A stretch of DNA of 64,000 bases from Eledone cirrhosa. Its lineage: Eukaryota. Position 1 is the first letter of the stretch; each line of letters opens with the position of its first letter. The translations under genes and the position numbers were made by a program. The notes beneath the pieces were generated by a model. That model saw nothing but the letters and a program-made list of their open reading frames with translations, made no database searches and was not told the origin of the DNA. Positions 44,210 through 58,165 of this stretch are shown in pieces. The DNA lies in the NCBI GenBank assembly GCA_964016885.1, contig OZ024743.1, positions 349,866,001-349,930,000 on the forward strand. Reading direction: 5' to 3'.

Positions 44210-44434
44210 ATACCTTCCTGCCAGATGGTTGAACGTCTGAAAGTATATACTTTTCTTATGCATATTAACGGCTGAGCAGCCTAATTTGCATATCGTGTGA
44301 GTTAATCGGCCGGGGTACCGAAAACGATAAACGGAAAAAATGAAACGAAATTTCATTTCTCACTCTTAGTACGCCTGTTACTTAAATATAAGTATGTATA
44401 TGTACATATATATATGTATACAGACGTACAGTAG

Positions 44435-44625
<191 letters not shown>

Positions 44626-45005
44626 TTGCGAGGTTTTTTATATGAATTCGTGTGTCGAAACAAATATTGTTATACTTGGGGAGGGTCATATTTGTGTAAT
44701 ATTGCCAGAATTAATAACAGAACACACTCACTGTTTGGTTGGTTTTCGCTTTTCGCTTCTGTGTCTTTTATATCGGTAATCTAATATACTCGGTCCTCAA
44801 TGTTGCCATTGACTGACCGACGGTCAAAAATAATATAGATACACTATAGACACAAACACATATATATAGTTTATCATTGAGGACCGAGTATATTAGATTA
44901 CCGATATAAAAGACACAGAAGCGAAAAGCGAAAACCAACCAAACAGTGAGTGTGTTCTGTTATTAATTCTGGCAATATTACACAAATATGACCCTCCCCA
45001 AGTAT

Positions 45006-45039
<34 letters not shown>

Positions 45040-45042
<3 letters not shown>

Positions 45043-45601
45043 GAAACACAGATACATGCGGACACACACATATATACATGAATGCATCCGCACCCAACTG
45101 TGAGTTAAGGGTGCCAACTTCACCGATGTTGCTCAATGAATGACTGGGACAGACTAATTCAGTTTGAACCAGACTGAACCAGTATCAGAGTTAAAAATAC
45201 ATTATGAAGAGAGAAGAAACATTTAGATATAATTAGTAATAAAATGTATCATACCTAAACTGTTCCTAAATTCCTCGACTACGTAGTTTCGTGGCATAAA
45301 CAAAAACAATATATCAAAGATATAGAGTCCTTGCGAGGTCTGCCGACTTATCAAGAGGATGCCTCATTTTACTAGTCTCAAGAACGCGTCTACACGACGT
45401 GAGAAAGAATCCCAAAAGGCGGAGGGGGAGACAGTCACGCGATATAACGGTCGAGAAACAGAGCTAAGCCTCTTATAACCACGAAGAAAATACCACGGAG
45501 GCGGAGGGGGTATTCATATCGAGGCCGTAGAAGAGGTAGTGAAGAAGGCGAGAAGTATGAGTAATGGAAGCTTTCCAGTTGTCCCCACACTTCAAAGATT
45601 G
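45040..45601 (-). mobile_element. 562-bp non-coding insertion in a (TA)n tract of array unit 9, carrying a hammerhead motif
   Basis: Absent from the other 10 units, where TATAACAA(TA)nGGAAAA is uninterrupted; flanked by TA repeats on both sides; no TIRs or credible ORF seen. Confidence 0.9.
45272..45359 (-). ncRNA. Type I hammerhead motif with U3-A8 core variant and extended stem II
   Basis: Minus strand TCCTC-TTGATAA-GT(C)GGCA-[44 nt]-TGCCAC-GAAA-CTACGTAG-TC-GAGGA: stem I TCCTC/GAGGA, palindromic stem III ACTACGTAGT, GUC site. Confidence 0.75.
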
Positions 45602-45853
45602 TATATATATATATATATATAGGAAAAGAGTCAGGACCCCGACGGCTGAGCTCCGGCCGTTTCGACAGCTAGATTCTACTACCCTAAGTATCGAATACTC
45701 TGATGCGTTATGGTCCAGCTTGTTCCTTACCACACTTTTTATTTTGTTATATATATATATATATAAATACATATATTTAATCAAGGCTAAATTATGAGTC
45801 GCGTTACTCTGGCGTTCCGCCTGTCTATGACATGCTCATTAGATATTGTCTGA

Positions 45854-45896
<43 letters not shown>

Positions 45897-46603
45897 ATAT
45901 ATATATGTGTGTGTGTGCGCGCGTGCGCGAGTATGTGTAAAAGGTTAACTGAAATAACAACACAAATGGGACAGTGTATGGAAGGAATATATTAGTTTAG
46001 CGCTTGAAATAGCAGGAAGAGGGTCTTAACGTTTCGAACGCTAATCGTTCATCAGAAGAACGAACGAGAAATTTGAAAGACTGAAGATTGTGAAGACGGC
46101 AGCGCAAAATCGGAAAAAAAACTTAGAGAAAAATAACAAGTGGATATGTAGAAAAAGGGTTATCATTACTAAAGGATAGGAAGTTAAACGGTACAATCGA
46201 CTTCACTTTGGAGTATGCAACTATTATTTTCAAGGCAGCAAATTCAATTTCAAAGAAGCTTTAAAATAAAAATGACTTCTTTCGCAATTCGGAAAATCTA
46301 ATATACAATATAACGTGGAAAGGCCTGCTCGACATTATGTTACACGGGCTCTTCACTCCGAAAACGAATGACAGTTTATCGTCTACAAACCAGGGACCAT
46401 ATGAACCAGAAAGATCCCTCTCAGTCAACACGTAGAGTAACGTGCAGGGCGAATCGACCCAAATTTCGAGGTCTTCCCTTCCTATTAGCGTAGTGAAAAT
46501 TTCACTTCGTAAAAACAGAGTAGTAAGGATAGATTTTTCATTAATCAATTCAAACCAAAACAATGTTTTACGCACAAAAAAATGTATATACAAAAATAAA
46601 TAT

Positions 46604-46689
<86 letters not shown>

Positions 46690-46960
46690 ATAAACGGAAA
46701 AAATGAAACGAAATTTCATTTCCCACTCTTAGTACGGCTGTTACTTAAATATAAGTATGTTTACGTACATACATATATGTATACAGACGTACAGTAGTAT
46801 ATATATATATATATACATACATCTCCACATATATATATGTACGTATGGATGCACCGAACATTTATTATAATGCTCGGTGTGTTTGTGAACAAACATCCCG
46901 AATTAAGCCATACAGTGTCTAGCAACCATCGTTGCTCATTTGTTCAACACTGACAAAGGA

Positions 46961-47003
46961 ACGCTGTACTAGTTTCAAGCTTATTAGCTATCGTCAGCAA
47001 CAT
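46961..47003 (-). ncRNA. Type I hammerhead motif, array unit 9
   Basis: Identical to 28635-28677. Confidence 0.75.
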
Positions 47004-47228
47004 ATACCTTCCTGCCAGATGGTTGAACGTCTGAAAGTATATACTTTTCTTATGCATATTAACGGCTGAGCAGCCTAATTTGCATATCGTGTGAGTTAAT
47101 CGGCCGGGGTACCGAAAACGATAAACGGAAAAAATGAAACGAAATTTCATTTCTCACTCTTAGTACGCCTGTTACTTAAATATAAGTATGTATATGTACA
47201 TATATATATGTATACAGACGTACAGTAG

Positions 47229-47421
<193 letters not shown>

Positions 47422-47801
47422 TTGCGAGGTTTTTTATATGAATTCGTGTGTCGAAACAAATATTGTTATACTTGGGGAGGGTCATATTTGTGTAATATTG
47501 CCAGAATTAATAACAGAACACACTCACTGTTTGGTTGGTTTTCGCTTTTCGCTTCTGTGTCTTTTATATCGGTAATCTAATATACTCGGTCCTCAATGTT
47601 GCCATTGACTGACCGACGGTCAAAAATAATATAGATACACTATAGACACAAACACATATATATAGTTTATCATTGAGGACCGAGTATATTAGATTACCGA
47701 TATAAAAGACACAGAAGCGAAAAGCGAAAACCAACCAAACAGTGAGTGTGTTCTGTTATTAATTCTGGCAATATTACACAAATATGACCCTCCCCAAGTA
47801 T

Positions 47802-47848
<47 letters not shown>

Positions 47849-48078
47849 AAAAGAGTCAGGACCCCGACGGCTGAGCTCCGGCCGTTTCGACAGCTAGATT
47901 CTACTACCCTAAGTATCGAATACTCTGATGCGTTATGGTCCAGCTTGTTCCTTACCACACTTTTTATTTTGTTATATATATATATATATAAATACATATA
48001 TTTAATAAAGGCTAAATTATGAGTCGTGTTACTCTGGCGTTCCGCCTGTCTATGACATGCTCATTAGATATTGTCTGA

Positions 48079-48137
<59 letters not shown>

Positions 48138-48844
48138 ATATATATATGTGTGTGTGTGCGCGCGTGCGCGAGTATGTGTAAAAGGTTAACTGAAATAACA
48201 ACACAAATGGGACAGTGTATGGAAGGAATATATTAGTTTAGCGCTTGAAATAGCAGGAAGAGGGTCTTAACGTTTCGAACGCTAATCGTTCATCAGAAGA
48301 ACGAACGAGAAATTTGAAAGACTGAAGATTGTGAAGACGGCAGCGCAAAATCGGAAAAAAAACTTAGAGAAAAATAACAAGTGGATATGTAGAAAAAGGG
48401 TTATCATTACTAAAGGATAGGAAGTTAAACGGTACAATCGACTTCACTTTGGAGTATGCAACTATTATTTTCAAGGCAGCAAATTCAATTTCAAAGAAGC
48501 TTTAAAATAAAAATGACTTCTTTCGCAATTCGGAAAATCTAATATACAATATAACGTGGAAAGGCCTGCTCGACATTATGTTACACGGGCTCTTCACTCC
48601 GAAAACGAATGACAGTTTATCGTCTACAAACCAGGGACCATATGAACCAGAAAGATCCCTCTCAGTCAACACGTAGAGTAACGTGCAGGGCGAATCGACC
48701 CAAATTTCGAGGTCTTCCCTTCCTATTAGCGTAGTGAAAATTTCACTTCGTAAAAACAGAGTAGTAAGGATAGATTTTTCATTAATCAATTCAAACCAAA
48801 ACAATGTTTTACGCACAAAAAAATGTATATACAAAAATAAATAT

Positions 48845-48928
<84 letters not shown>

Positions 48929-49201
48929 ATAAACGGAAAAAATGAAACGAAATTTCATTTCCCACTCTTAGTACGGCTGTTACTTAAATATAAGTATGTT
49001 TACGTACATACATATATGTATACAGACGTACAGTAGTATATATATATATATATATACATACATCTCCACATATATATATGTACGTATGGATGCACCGAAC
49101 ATTTATTATAATGCTCGGTGTGTTTGTAAACAAACATCCCGAATTAAGCCATACAGTGTCTAGCAACCATCGTTGCTCATTTGTTCAACACTGACAAAGG
49201 A

Positions 49202-49244
49202 ACGCTGTACTAGTTTCAAGCTTATTAGCTATCGTCAGCAACAT
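49202..49244 (-). ncRNA. Type I hammerhead motif, array unit 10
   Basis: Identical to 28635-28677. Confidence 0.75.
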
Positions 49245-49469
49245 ATACCTTCCTGCCAGATGGTTGAACGTCTGAAAGTATATACTTTTCTTATGCATAT
49301 TAACGGCTGAGCAGCCTAATTTGCATATCGTGTGAGTTAATCGGCCGGGGTACCGAAAACGATAAACGGAAAAAATGAAACGAAATTTCATTTCTCACTC
49401 TTAGTACGCCTGTTACTTAAATATAAGTATGTATATGTACATATATATATGTATACAGACGTACAGTAG

Positions 49470-49672
<203 letters not shown>

Positions 49673-50052
49673 TTGCGAGGTTTTTTATATGAATTCGTGT
49701 GTCGAAACAAATATTGTTATACTTGGGGAGGGTCATATTTGTGTAATATTGCCAGAATTAATAACAGAACACACTCACTGTTTGGTTGGTTTTCGCTTTT
49801 CGCTTCTGTGTCTTTTATATCGGTAATCTAATATACTCGGTCCTCAATGTTGCCATTGACTGACCGACGGTCAAAAATAATATAGATACACTATAGACAC
49901 AAACACATATATATAGTTTATCATTGAGGACCGAGTATATTAGATTACCGATATGAAAGACACAGAAGCGAAAAGCGAAAACCAACCAAACAGTGAGTGT
50001 GTTCTGTTATTAATTCTGGCAATATTACACAAATATGACCCTCCCCAAGTAT

Positions 50053-50123
<71 letters not shown>

Positions 50124-50351
50124 AAAAGTGTCAGGACCCCGACGGCTGAGCTCCGGCCGTTTCGACAGCTAGATTCTACTACCCTAAGTATCGAATACTC
50201 TGATGCGTTATGGTCCAGCTTGTTCCTTACCACACTTTTTATTTTGTTATATATATATATATAAATACATATATTTAATCAAGGCTAAATTATGAGTCGT
50301 GTTACTCTGGCGTTCCGCCTGTCTATGACATGCTCATTAGATATTGTCTGA

Positions 50352-50416
<65 letters not shown>

Positions 50417-51129
50417 ATATATATATGTGTGTGTGTGCGCGCGTGCGCGAGTATGTGTAAAAGGTTAAATGAAATAACAACACAAATGGGACAGTGTATG
50501 GAAGGAATATATTAGTTTAGCGCTTGAAATAGCAGGAAGAGCGTCTTAACGTTTCGAACGCTAATCGTTCATCAGAAGAACGAACGAGAAATTTGAAAGA
50601 CTGAAGATTGTGAAGACGGCAGCGCAAAATCGGAAAAAAAACTTAGAGAAAAATAACAAGTGGATATGTAGAAAAAGGGTTATCATTACTAAAGGATAGG
50701 AAGTTAAACGGTACAATCGACTTCACTTTGGAGTATGCAACTATTATTTTCAAGGCAGCAAATTCAATTTCAAAGAAGCTCCCGTCTTTAAAATAAAAAT
50801 GACTTCTTTCGCAATTCGGAAAATCTAATATACAATATAACGTGGAAAGGCCTGCTCGACATTATGTTACACGGGCTCTTCACTCCGAAAACGAATGACA
50901 GTTTATCGTCTACAAACCAGGGACCAATGAACCAGAAAGATCCCTCTCAGTCAACACGTAGAGTAACGTGCAGGGCGAATCGACCCAAATTTCGAGGTCT
51001 TCCCTTCCTATTAGCGTAGTGAAAATTTCACTTCGTAAAAACAGAGTAGTAAGGATAGATTTTTCATTAATCAATTCAAACCAAAACAATGTTTTACGCA
51101 CAAAAAAATGTATATACAAAAATAAATAT

Positions 51130-51243
<114 letters not shown>

Positions 51244-51514
51244 AAACGGAAAAAATGAAACGAAATTTCATTTCCCACTCTTAGTACGGCTGTTACTTAA
51301 ATATAAGTATGTTTACGTACATACATATATGTATACAGACGTACAGTAGTATATATATATATATATACATACATCTCCACATATATATATATGTACGTAT
51401 GGATGCACCGAACATTTATTATAATGCTCGGTGTGTTTGTAAACAAACATCCCGAATTAAGCCATACAGTGTCTAGCAACCATCGTTGCTCATTTGTTCA
51501 ACACTGACAAAGGA

Positions 51515-51557
51515 ACGCTGTACTAGTTTCAAGCTTATTAGCTATCGTCAGCAACAT
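51515..51557 (-). ncRNA. Type I hammerhead motif, array unit 11
   Basis: Identical to 28635-28677. Confidence 0.75.
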
Positions 51558-51782
51558 ATACCTTCCTGCCAGATGGTTGAACGTCTGAAAGTATATACTT
51601 TTCTTATGCATATTAACGGCTGAGCAGCCTAATTTGCATATCGTGTGAGTTAATCGGCCGGGGTACCGAAAACGATAAACGGAAAAAATGAAACGAAATT
51701 TCATTTCTCACTCTTAGTACGCCTGTTACTTAAATATAAGTATGTATATGTACATATATATATGTATACAGACGTACAGTAG

Positions 51783-51863
<81 letters not shown>

Positions 51864-52001
51864 GCCCACATATATATATGTACGTATAGATTCACCGAAC
51901 ATTTATTTTAATGCTCGGTGTGTTTGTAAACAAACATCCCGAATTAAGCCGTTCAGTGTCTAGCAACCATCGTTGCTCATTTCTTCAACACTGATAAAGG
52001 A

Positions 52002-52044
52002 ACGCTGTACTAGTTTCAAGCTTATTAGCTATCGTCAGCAACGT
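52002..52044 (-). ncRNA. Type I hammerhead motif in the diverged second monomer beyond the array end
   Basis: Same core; stem I is ACGTTG/CAGCGT (C-G where the array copies have U-G). Confidence 0.78.
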
Positions 52045-52300
52045 ATACCTTCCTGCCAGATGGGTGAACGTCTGAAAGTATATACTTTCCTTATGCATAT
52101 TAACGGCTGAGCAGTCTAATTTGCATATCGAGTGAGTTAATCGGCCGGGGTACCGAAAACGATAAACGGAAAAAATGAAACGAAATATATGTATGTACGT
52201 ATACATACTTATATTTAAGTAACAGCCGTACTAAGAGTGAGAAATGAAATTTCGTCTCATTTTTCCGTTTATATATATATATGTATATATATATATATAC

Positions 52301-52361
52301 ACAAATATTAAAACAGTGAAATTAAACAAAATTTGTTTAATTTCATTGTTTTAATATTTGT
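52301..52361. repeat. 61-bp AT-rich palindrome
   Basis: ACAAATATTAAAACAGTGAAATTAAACAAA-A-TTTGTTTAATTTCATTGTTTTAATATTTGT; 30-bp arms with one mismatch. Confidence 0.9.
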
Positions 52362-52496
52362 ATTTTTGACTCTGTATCCAATGAATTATATCGTTGAACA
52401 TTTTGTATTTTAAACTTTGCATCACGACATCTTCTACATACGGATTACATTGAGTTCTTCATACGGTTTAGACCCTACCATTAATTGGTGGATTTA

Positions 52497-52573
<77 letters not shown>

Positions 52574-52575
52574 AT

Positions 52576-53152
52576 ATATGTATATGTGTATGTATTTTTT
52601 CTCGCGAGTCAGTTCTTTCGTTGCTACAGAACACGCGGCTGAATTGCCGGTCGCTATCTTCCATTTGCAAAGCCCTTTAAACTGTATGTCATTACTATGA
52701 GGTCTATACCTTGTTGAGCGCTTGGCTGCACTGCTGAAGGCATTCGTCGGCTTAGCTGCGGCTCGAGCTTCGAATATGCTGTACTTTCATTTGTATTACT
52801 ATCTCCTAGACCTAATGATTTATTGATTAATTTAATTTTACAATTCCATTGATTGGTTAATTATATTTAATAACGGTCAGGTTGAGTGCTTAATTCAGTT
52901 TGTGTATGAAATTTGTTTCCATTGCTCATAATTTGAATTTAACCGCCATAAACCGGGGTTACCTCCCTTTGGAGTAACATGTGTCATCACATCCGGGTTT
53001 GTGTCAGAACGAAAACTTGTTGAGAAACTAAGTCCACTGTTCGATCTTCCAGAAACTGAACTTGTATACACTTCAAGCGGATTTTGTTGATTTCGGATTT
53101 ACAGAAACCTCACTGAGATATTGAATAATTTCGATGTGATGGTCGAGGTTTG

Positions 53153-53195
<43 letters not shown>

Positions 53196-53858
53196 AAATT
53201 TAGTACAGCATCAACGAAGCCGTGGTTGCAGCCAAGCTAACTAATGCAGTCTCGGTGTGCAGCTAAGCACTCAATAGAGTTATAACATCACGTTTATACA
53301 GCTTTGCAAATTGAAGACAGTGACCATAGCGACGAAAAAGACTGAAATCAGTAAACATGTTTTGACTAACCTGAACCATCACGTCGACATCATACACAAT
53401 ACATAATATATACCATATAATATGCATCACATATAATCCATAATATCTCCGCTAGGTTTCTGTAAAATCCGAAATCGACAAAATCCACTTGCAGGGGTCT
53501 GCAAGTTAATGGTTTTTGAAGATAGAACAATGGAGTTTACTTCGTCAACAAGTTTTTCGTTCTCGTCCGCTCGGGTGTGGATGCTAGAGTAAGTGCTGCT
53601 AGCAAGCACATGGTTTTCCCAAAGGGTATATATATATATATATGTATATGTGTATGTATTTTTTCTCGTGAGTCAGTTCTTTCGTTGCTACAGAACACGC
53701 GGCTGAATTGCCGGTCGCTATCTTCCATTTGCAAAGCCCTTTAAACTGTATGTCATTACTATGAGGTCTATACCTTGTTGAGCGCTTGGCTGCACTGCTG
53801 AAGGCATTCGTCGGCTTAGCTGCGGCTCGAGCTTCGAATATGCTGTACTTTCATTTGT
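52576..53858. repeat. 219-bp direct repeats bracketing older inverted segments
   Basis: 52576-52794 equals 53640-53858 except one C/T; a diverged inverted copy at ~53195-53345; ~53000-53125 is inverted at ~53440-53570. Confidence 0.85.
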
Positions 53859-53879
53859 GTATATATATAAATGTAAAAA

Positions 53880-54458
53880 ACAAAAAAAACAATAACAAAG
53901 AGTGCAGTACGAACAGTGTTGGTATTAGGTTCATGCTTGAGAGTGGGGGTGGAGGACGACGTGTCGGGCATAAGCCCTTCATCCGGAGAAAGGTGGTAAG
54001 GAAAAAAGTTCCGTGGTGGAAAGACATTAAAAAGGGTGCAAGATAAAAAGGAAGGAAAAAAAATTAAAATGAAAACAAGTGGTGAAAGGGTGTGAGGCGT
54101 GTAGAGGTGGTGGTGGGTGGTCGGAGGGGGAGAGGGGAGAAAGAAACAGAAGATCCGAGTGGGGAGGGCAGACGATGGTGTGTGTGAGAGTGTATATGTG
54201 TGTGTGCGGAGGGGCGGTGGACAGGAGAGGGGGTGGGTCAGTGTCAAAAGTTGAGGGACAAGGCGGCGATGTGTGTATGTGGGGGGGGGGGGGGTATATT
54301 AGTGGAGGTGTTAGTAGAATATATGTGGGGGTAGTACGGGAGGAGCGTGAGAAGGTGATGGGTACTATATAAGTGAGTGCAATATACCGGTGTGTGTGTG
54401 TGCGTGTTTGGTTGTGAGTGCGTGTGAGTGTGGTAGGGCGGGTGTCAGTATTATTAGT

Positions 54459-54460
<2 letters not shown>
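53880..54460 (-). mobile_element. Decayed Penelope-like terminal region with mutated hammerhead
   Basis: Minus strand CGGATGA-A-GGGC-TTAT-GCCC-GACA-CGTC (53958-53985), preceded by a pyrimidine-rich tract. Confidence 0.55.
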
Positions 54461-54498
<38 letters not shown>

Positions 54499-54514
54499 TG
54501 AAGGCGTAGGTGAA

Positions 54515-54778
54515 GGCGCATGGCTTAGTGGTTAAAGCATTGGGCTTGCAATCGAAAGGTTGTGAGTTCAATTCTCGGACCGGGTGATGTGATGTTTCCT
54601 TGAGCAAGACACTTTATTTTACGTTGCTCCAGTTTACTCAGCTGTAGAAATGAGTTACGGCCTGCCCGCCCAACCAGTGGGATGGCGCTATCTTATGGCT
54701 AAAACAACACGACGTGCTGTGACCAGCGGCGCCATTTGGCCCCCGTCAGACTGGTCGGTCAAGGTGATCAAGGTGATA
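54515..54778 (+). mobile_element. tRNA-derived SINE with CORE-like central domain
   Basis: A-box TGGCTTAGTGG, B-box GAGTTCAATTC, then CCTTGAGCAAGACACTTTA...TTGCTCCAGTTTACTCAGCTG. Confidence 0.85.
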
Positions 54779-54791
54779 TATATATATATAT

Positions 54792-55284
54792 ATATTCATT
54801 AGTTAAGCAAAACAAGACCACAAATTTCACAAGGAAGACATTATTAAAAGATTACCCATTATTAAAATGTTACCCATAGACATATCTCACACAATGCAGC
54901 CTCGACAGATGAATACTGCTTGATTATGGCTGACAACTGATGCAACCAAGACACCATAGTGAAAAACCAATATATGGAACATTATATTACGTAACATTCT
55001 CTCATTATTTTAATTTATATTCCTTTGAAGTTACGATGAGCCGCTCTGTCTTTTAAATATGTTAATTATTTTCAACTGAACCAGATCAATTATGATATAT
55101 AGTCATCTGATCCAGAAATATCATATGGAGTAGCGAAACAATTGTAAATTTACATTATTATTATTAATATTATTATTATTATTATTCTCTACATTCCTTA
55201 CATCAAACTAAAATATGTTGACAATCTTTTAATAATGTCTTCCTTGTGAAATTTGTGGTCTTGTTTTGCTTAACTAATGAATAT
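54792..55284. repeat. 62-bp inverted repeats enclosing a decayed long-stem-II hammerhead motif
   Basis: 54792-54853 is the reverse complement of 55223-55284; inside, AAGTT-ACGATGA-GCCGCTC...GAGTAGC-GAAA-CAATTG-TA-AATTT (55028-55151, +). Confidence 0.75.
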
Positions 55285-55459
55285 TTCCAGCTCTGCGCAC
55301 CTAACTTCTGCATGAACCCAGCCACCTAGCTGCTTTCTATTGCATATTGCACATTGAGCACATGCCTTTACGCTTTGGCTTCTAACTAATTCACCAATCT
55401 CTCCTCTCATATCTCCTCTCCTATCTCCATCTCTCTCTTTAAGATTGGTTACTCTTGAA

Positions 55460-55498
<39 letters not shown>

Positions 55499-55824
55499 GC
55501 CTGAATTACGACCCTTTAATAATCTATACTCTCCTCGATATAAGCGACAAAGATGAAACCAGTTTTGCACTTTATATTCAGCAAGAACATAAGTGATCAA
55601 CCAGGTGAAATAAACATAAACGAAAAATATTTTTCGAAAGACAATCACGAAAATCCTTTTGAAAAGACTGTAAACACATCTGAAACCAATTAAAGTAAAC
55701 AAATATATAAATAATCGTAAAACTTGACACATTAATAAAGCTAGAAGGTCAGTCAGTGCATTTGCCAAACCTTATTTTTTCCCGAATTTGTGAAGAAACA
55801 CCTAACATTTTAATTGTTCACTAT

Positions 55825-55903
<79 letters not shown>

Positions 55904-56019
55904 ATATAGAAGTGGATTAAAATACAATTTATTTCAGTCATATTCTACCATAAAAAGCTTAAATATGCTTTATACAGGCTAAAATCCGTATTTTGCAAAG
56001 AATTATTTACTCAAATTTT

Positions 56020-56124
56020 CAAATCCCACCGAGGTTGACTTTGCCTTTCATCCTTACGGGGTCGATAAAATAAAGTACCAGTAATGCACTGGGTAATTGC
56101 TGGCCTTGTGCCTAAAGTAGAAAC
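56020..56124 (+). mobile_element. 5'-truncated SINE with 19-bp TSD
   Basis: TSD AATTATTTACTCAAATTTT at 56001-56019 and 56125-56143. Confidence 0.9.
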
Positions 56125-56612
56125 AATTATTTACTCAAATTTTATTTAGTTTCGATAATTAAATATATTACTATTAAGATTAAGAATATAAACAAGTAAA
56201 ACATATCTTTAGGGAAAAAATATAATTGTACCTGCTTAATTGTCCAAACTGCGATTTCACCCTAGTTACTAATACTAGCTAATTAACATAAATAATTACC
56301 CAATCCAAACTCACATGGATCCTCAGTAAACTAGTCTTAATATATACTAATTACTAACCATTTCAAGGAAACCTCTAATGAATTTTCTTTTTGGAAATAA
56401 CATCTACACTGGACAGCTATTACAACTAACAGGAAAATGTAAGGTTATGAACTCCACGTGGTTTAGCTGTAGATATTCAGTGAAAGTTAAATAGTTATTG
56501 ATGAGAAGGCACATGAAGATAGAAACAGCTTACAATTTACAAAAAAAAAGTATCGACTCAACCTGAAATTTATTTAATTTAAAAGGGAGTAGCAACATTA
56601 TATAAGTGGATT

Positions 56613-56645
<33 letters not shown>

Positions 56646-56656
56646 ACAACTAGTAA

Positions 56657-57204
56657 TCGCTCTACATGGCAGAATACAATAAATTTAATCTGAGCTTTTC
56701 GAATATTAATAATTGTTTCTACTTTAGGCACAAGGCCAGCAATTACTCAGTGCATTACTGGTACTTTATTTTATCGACCCCGTAAGGATGAAAGACAAAG
56801 TCAACCTCGGCGGGATTTGAACTCAGATCGTAAAGGGACGTAACTATGCTGGAAAGCATGGCGTCCGACCCTCTACCGATACTGCCAATCCACCTTCGAA
56901 TATTAATAATAATAATCGATTCGTTTCCAATTACGCAAACAACCCCTTTTATAAGCCAGGTCATTAGAATGAGCCCCTCATTCTCGCTCTTGTGTTGGCA
57001 TGGAAACAGAATTGCAGACACTAATGTTTCTGGGTGATTACCCTTCATCAATGCAGTATACTGCTTACCTGCCAACTGTCAGAACTAGTGAAAATATATG
57101 ATATTTTCTGAAATATACAGTGACTGAACGGCCTAATTTTCATATTAGCAGACTGGCTGATCAATCAGATCTGCATATTAGCAGACCCAATGATCAGCCA
57201 GATT

Positions 57205-57210
<6 letters not shown>
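56657..57210 (-). mobile_element. Single-arm copy of the fold-back HHR element (HHR at 57009-57058 with C3U change)
   Basis: Homologous to 59072-59310 and to the 30-bp internal repeats; minus strand CTGCA-TTGATGA-AGGGT-AATC-ACCC-A-GAAA-CATTAGTG-TC-TGCAA. Confidence 0.75.
56714..56894 (-). mobile_element. SINE with 16-bp TSD nested in an arm of the 59-kb fold-back family
   Basis: TSD TTCGAATATTAATAAT at 56698-56713 and 56895-56910. Confidence 0.9.
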
Positions 57211-57265
<55 letters not shown>

Positions 57266-57305
57266 GATATTAATAAATGGAAACTATATTTATAAAACCA
57301 TATTT

Positions 57306-57368
57306 ATTTCATTATACATATTTCAGGGATACCAAATTAAATTATGGTATGCCTTCATCAGACAAAAT
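57306..57368 (-). ncRNA. Type I hammerhead ribozyme motif
   Basis: Minus strand ATTTTGT-CTGATGA-AGGCATACCA-TAATTTAATT-TGGTATCCCT-GAAA-TATGTA-TA-ATGAAAT: 7-bp stem I with GU pairs, 10-position stem II with one mismatch. Confidence 0.72.
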
Positions 57369-57934
57369 ACAATATATAAGAGTTTTACAAATAAGCTTTG
57401 ACGTACCCTTTTAAAATGCGACCATTATTTTTGGAAGCCATCTGGATAGTTATATATATATATATACATATTCTATATTTTAAAGTTGGACGCAACACAT
57501 ACTATTCGATCTAATCTGAGTCTGGATATGGAAACCAATCGTGATGGTGATAATCACCATTTCTTTGTCAGGGTTCTATATCCACTGTGATTGACACAAC
57601 ACAGAATGGAGTCAGGATTTGGCTGATATTTCAAGGAAGTTATGTGACCACATACTTGGCTGATACAGAATTGTGTCTTAAGTAACACCGGTCACCTTGA
57701 CGCGAATAGTCACTTATCTAATCCTCACCAACACATTGAAGTATATCTTTGTGAAATTTCACATCTAGGTGTATCGCAGATTTACATTGGTTGCAGTGTT
57801 TCTCTATTTCTTATTAGGTGTTGAACACTTCAGTGAAAACATACCTCATTCGAATTAACATGTCCGTTTTGATGTTAATATGTGTATAGTTACCAGACAC
57901 ACACGCACACGCTCAAACACACATACACACATAC

Positions 57935-58014
<80 letters not shown>

Positions 58015-58131
58015 GTGTGCGTGTGCGGGCGTGTGTGCGTGTGTGTGTCTATATATATTTATTAAAATAACAGATTAAAGTTTAAGCAAAGAATCGCTGC
58101 TTTCACCCTTCGTCTTCACATTTATTATTAT

Positions 58132-58159
<28 letters not shown>

Positions 58160-58165
<6 letters not shown>

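Noticed and set aside
54515-54585. tRNA gene
   Set aside because: A and B boxes are present but there is no complete cloverleaf, and it continues into a SINE core; the same applies to the other SINE heads.
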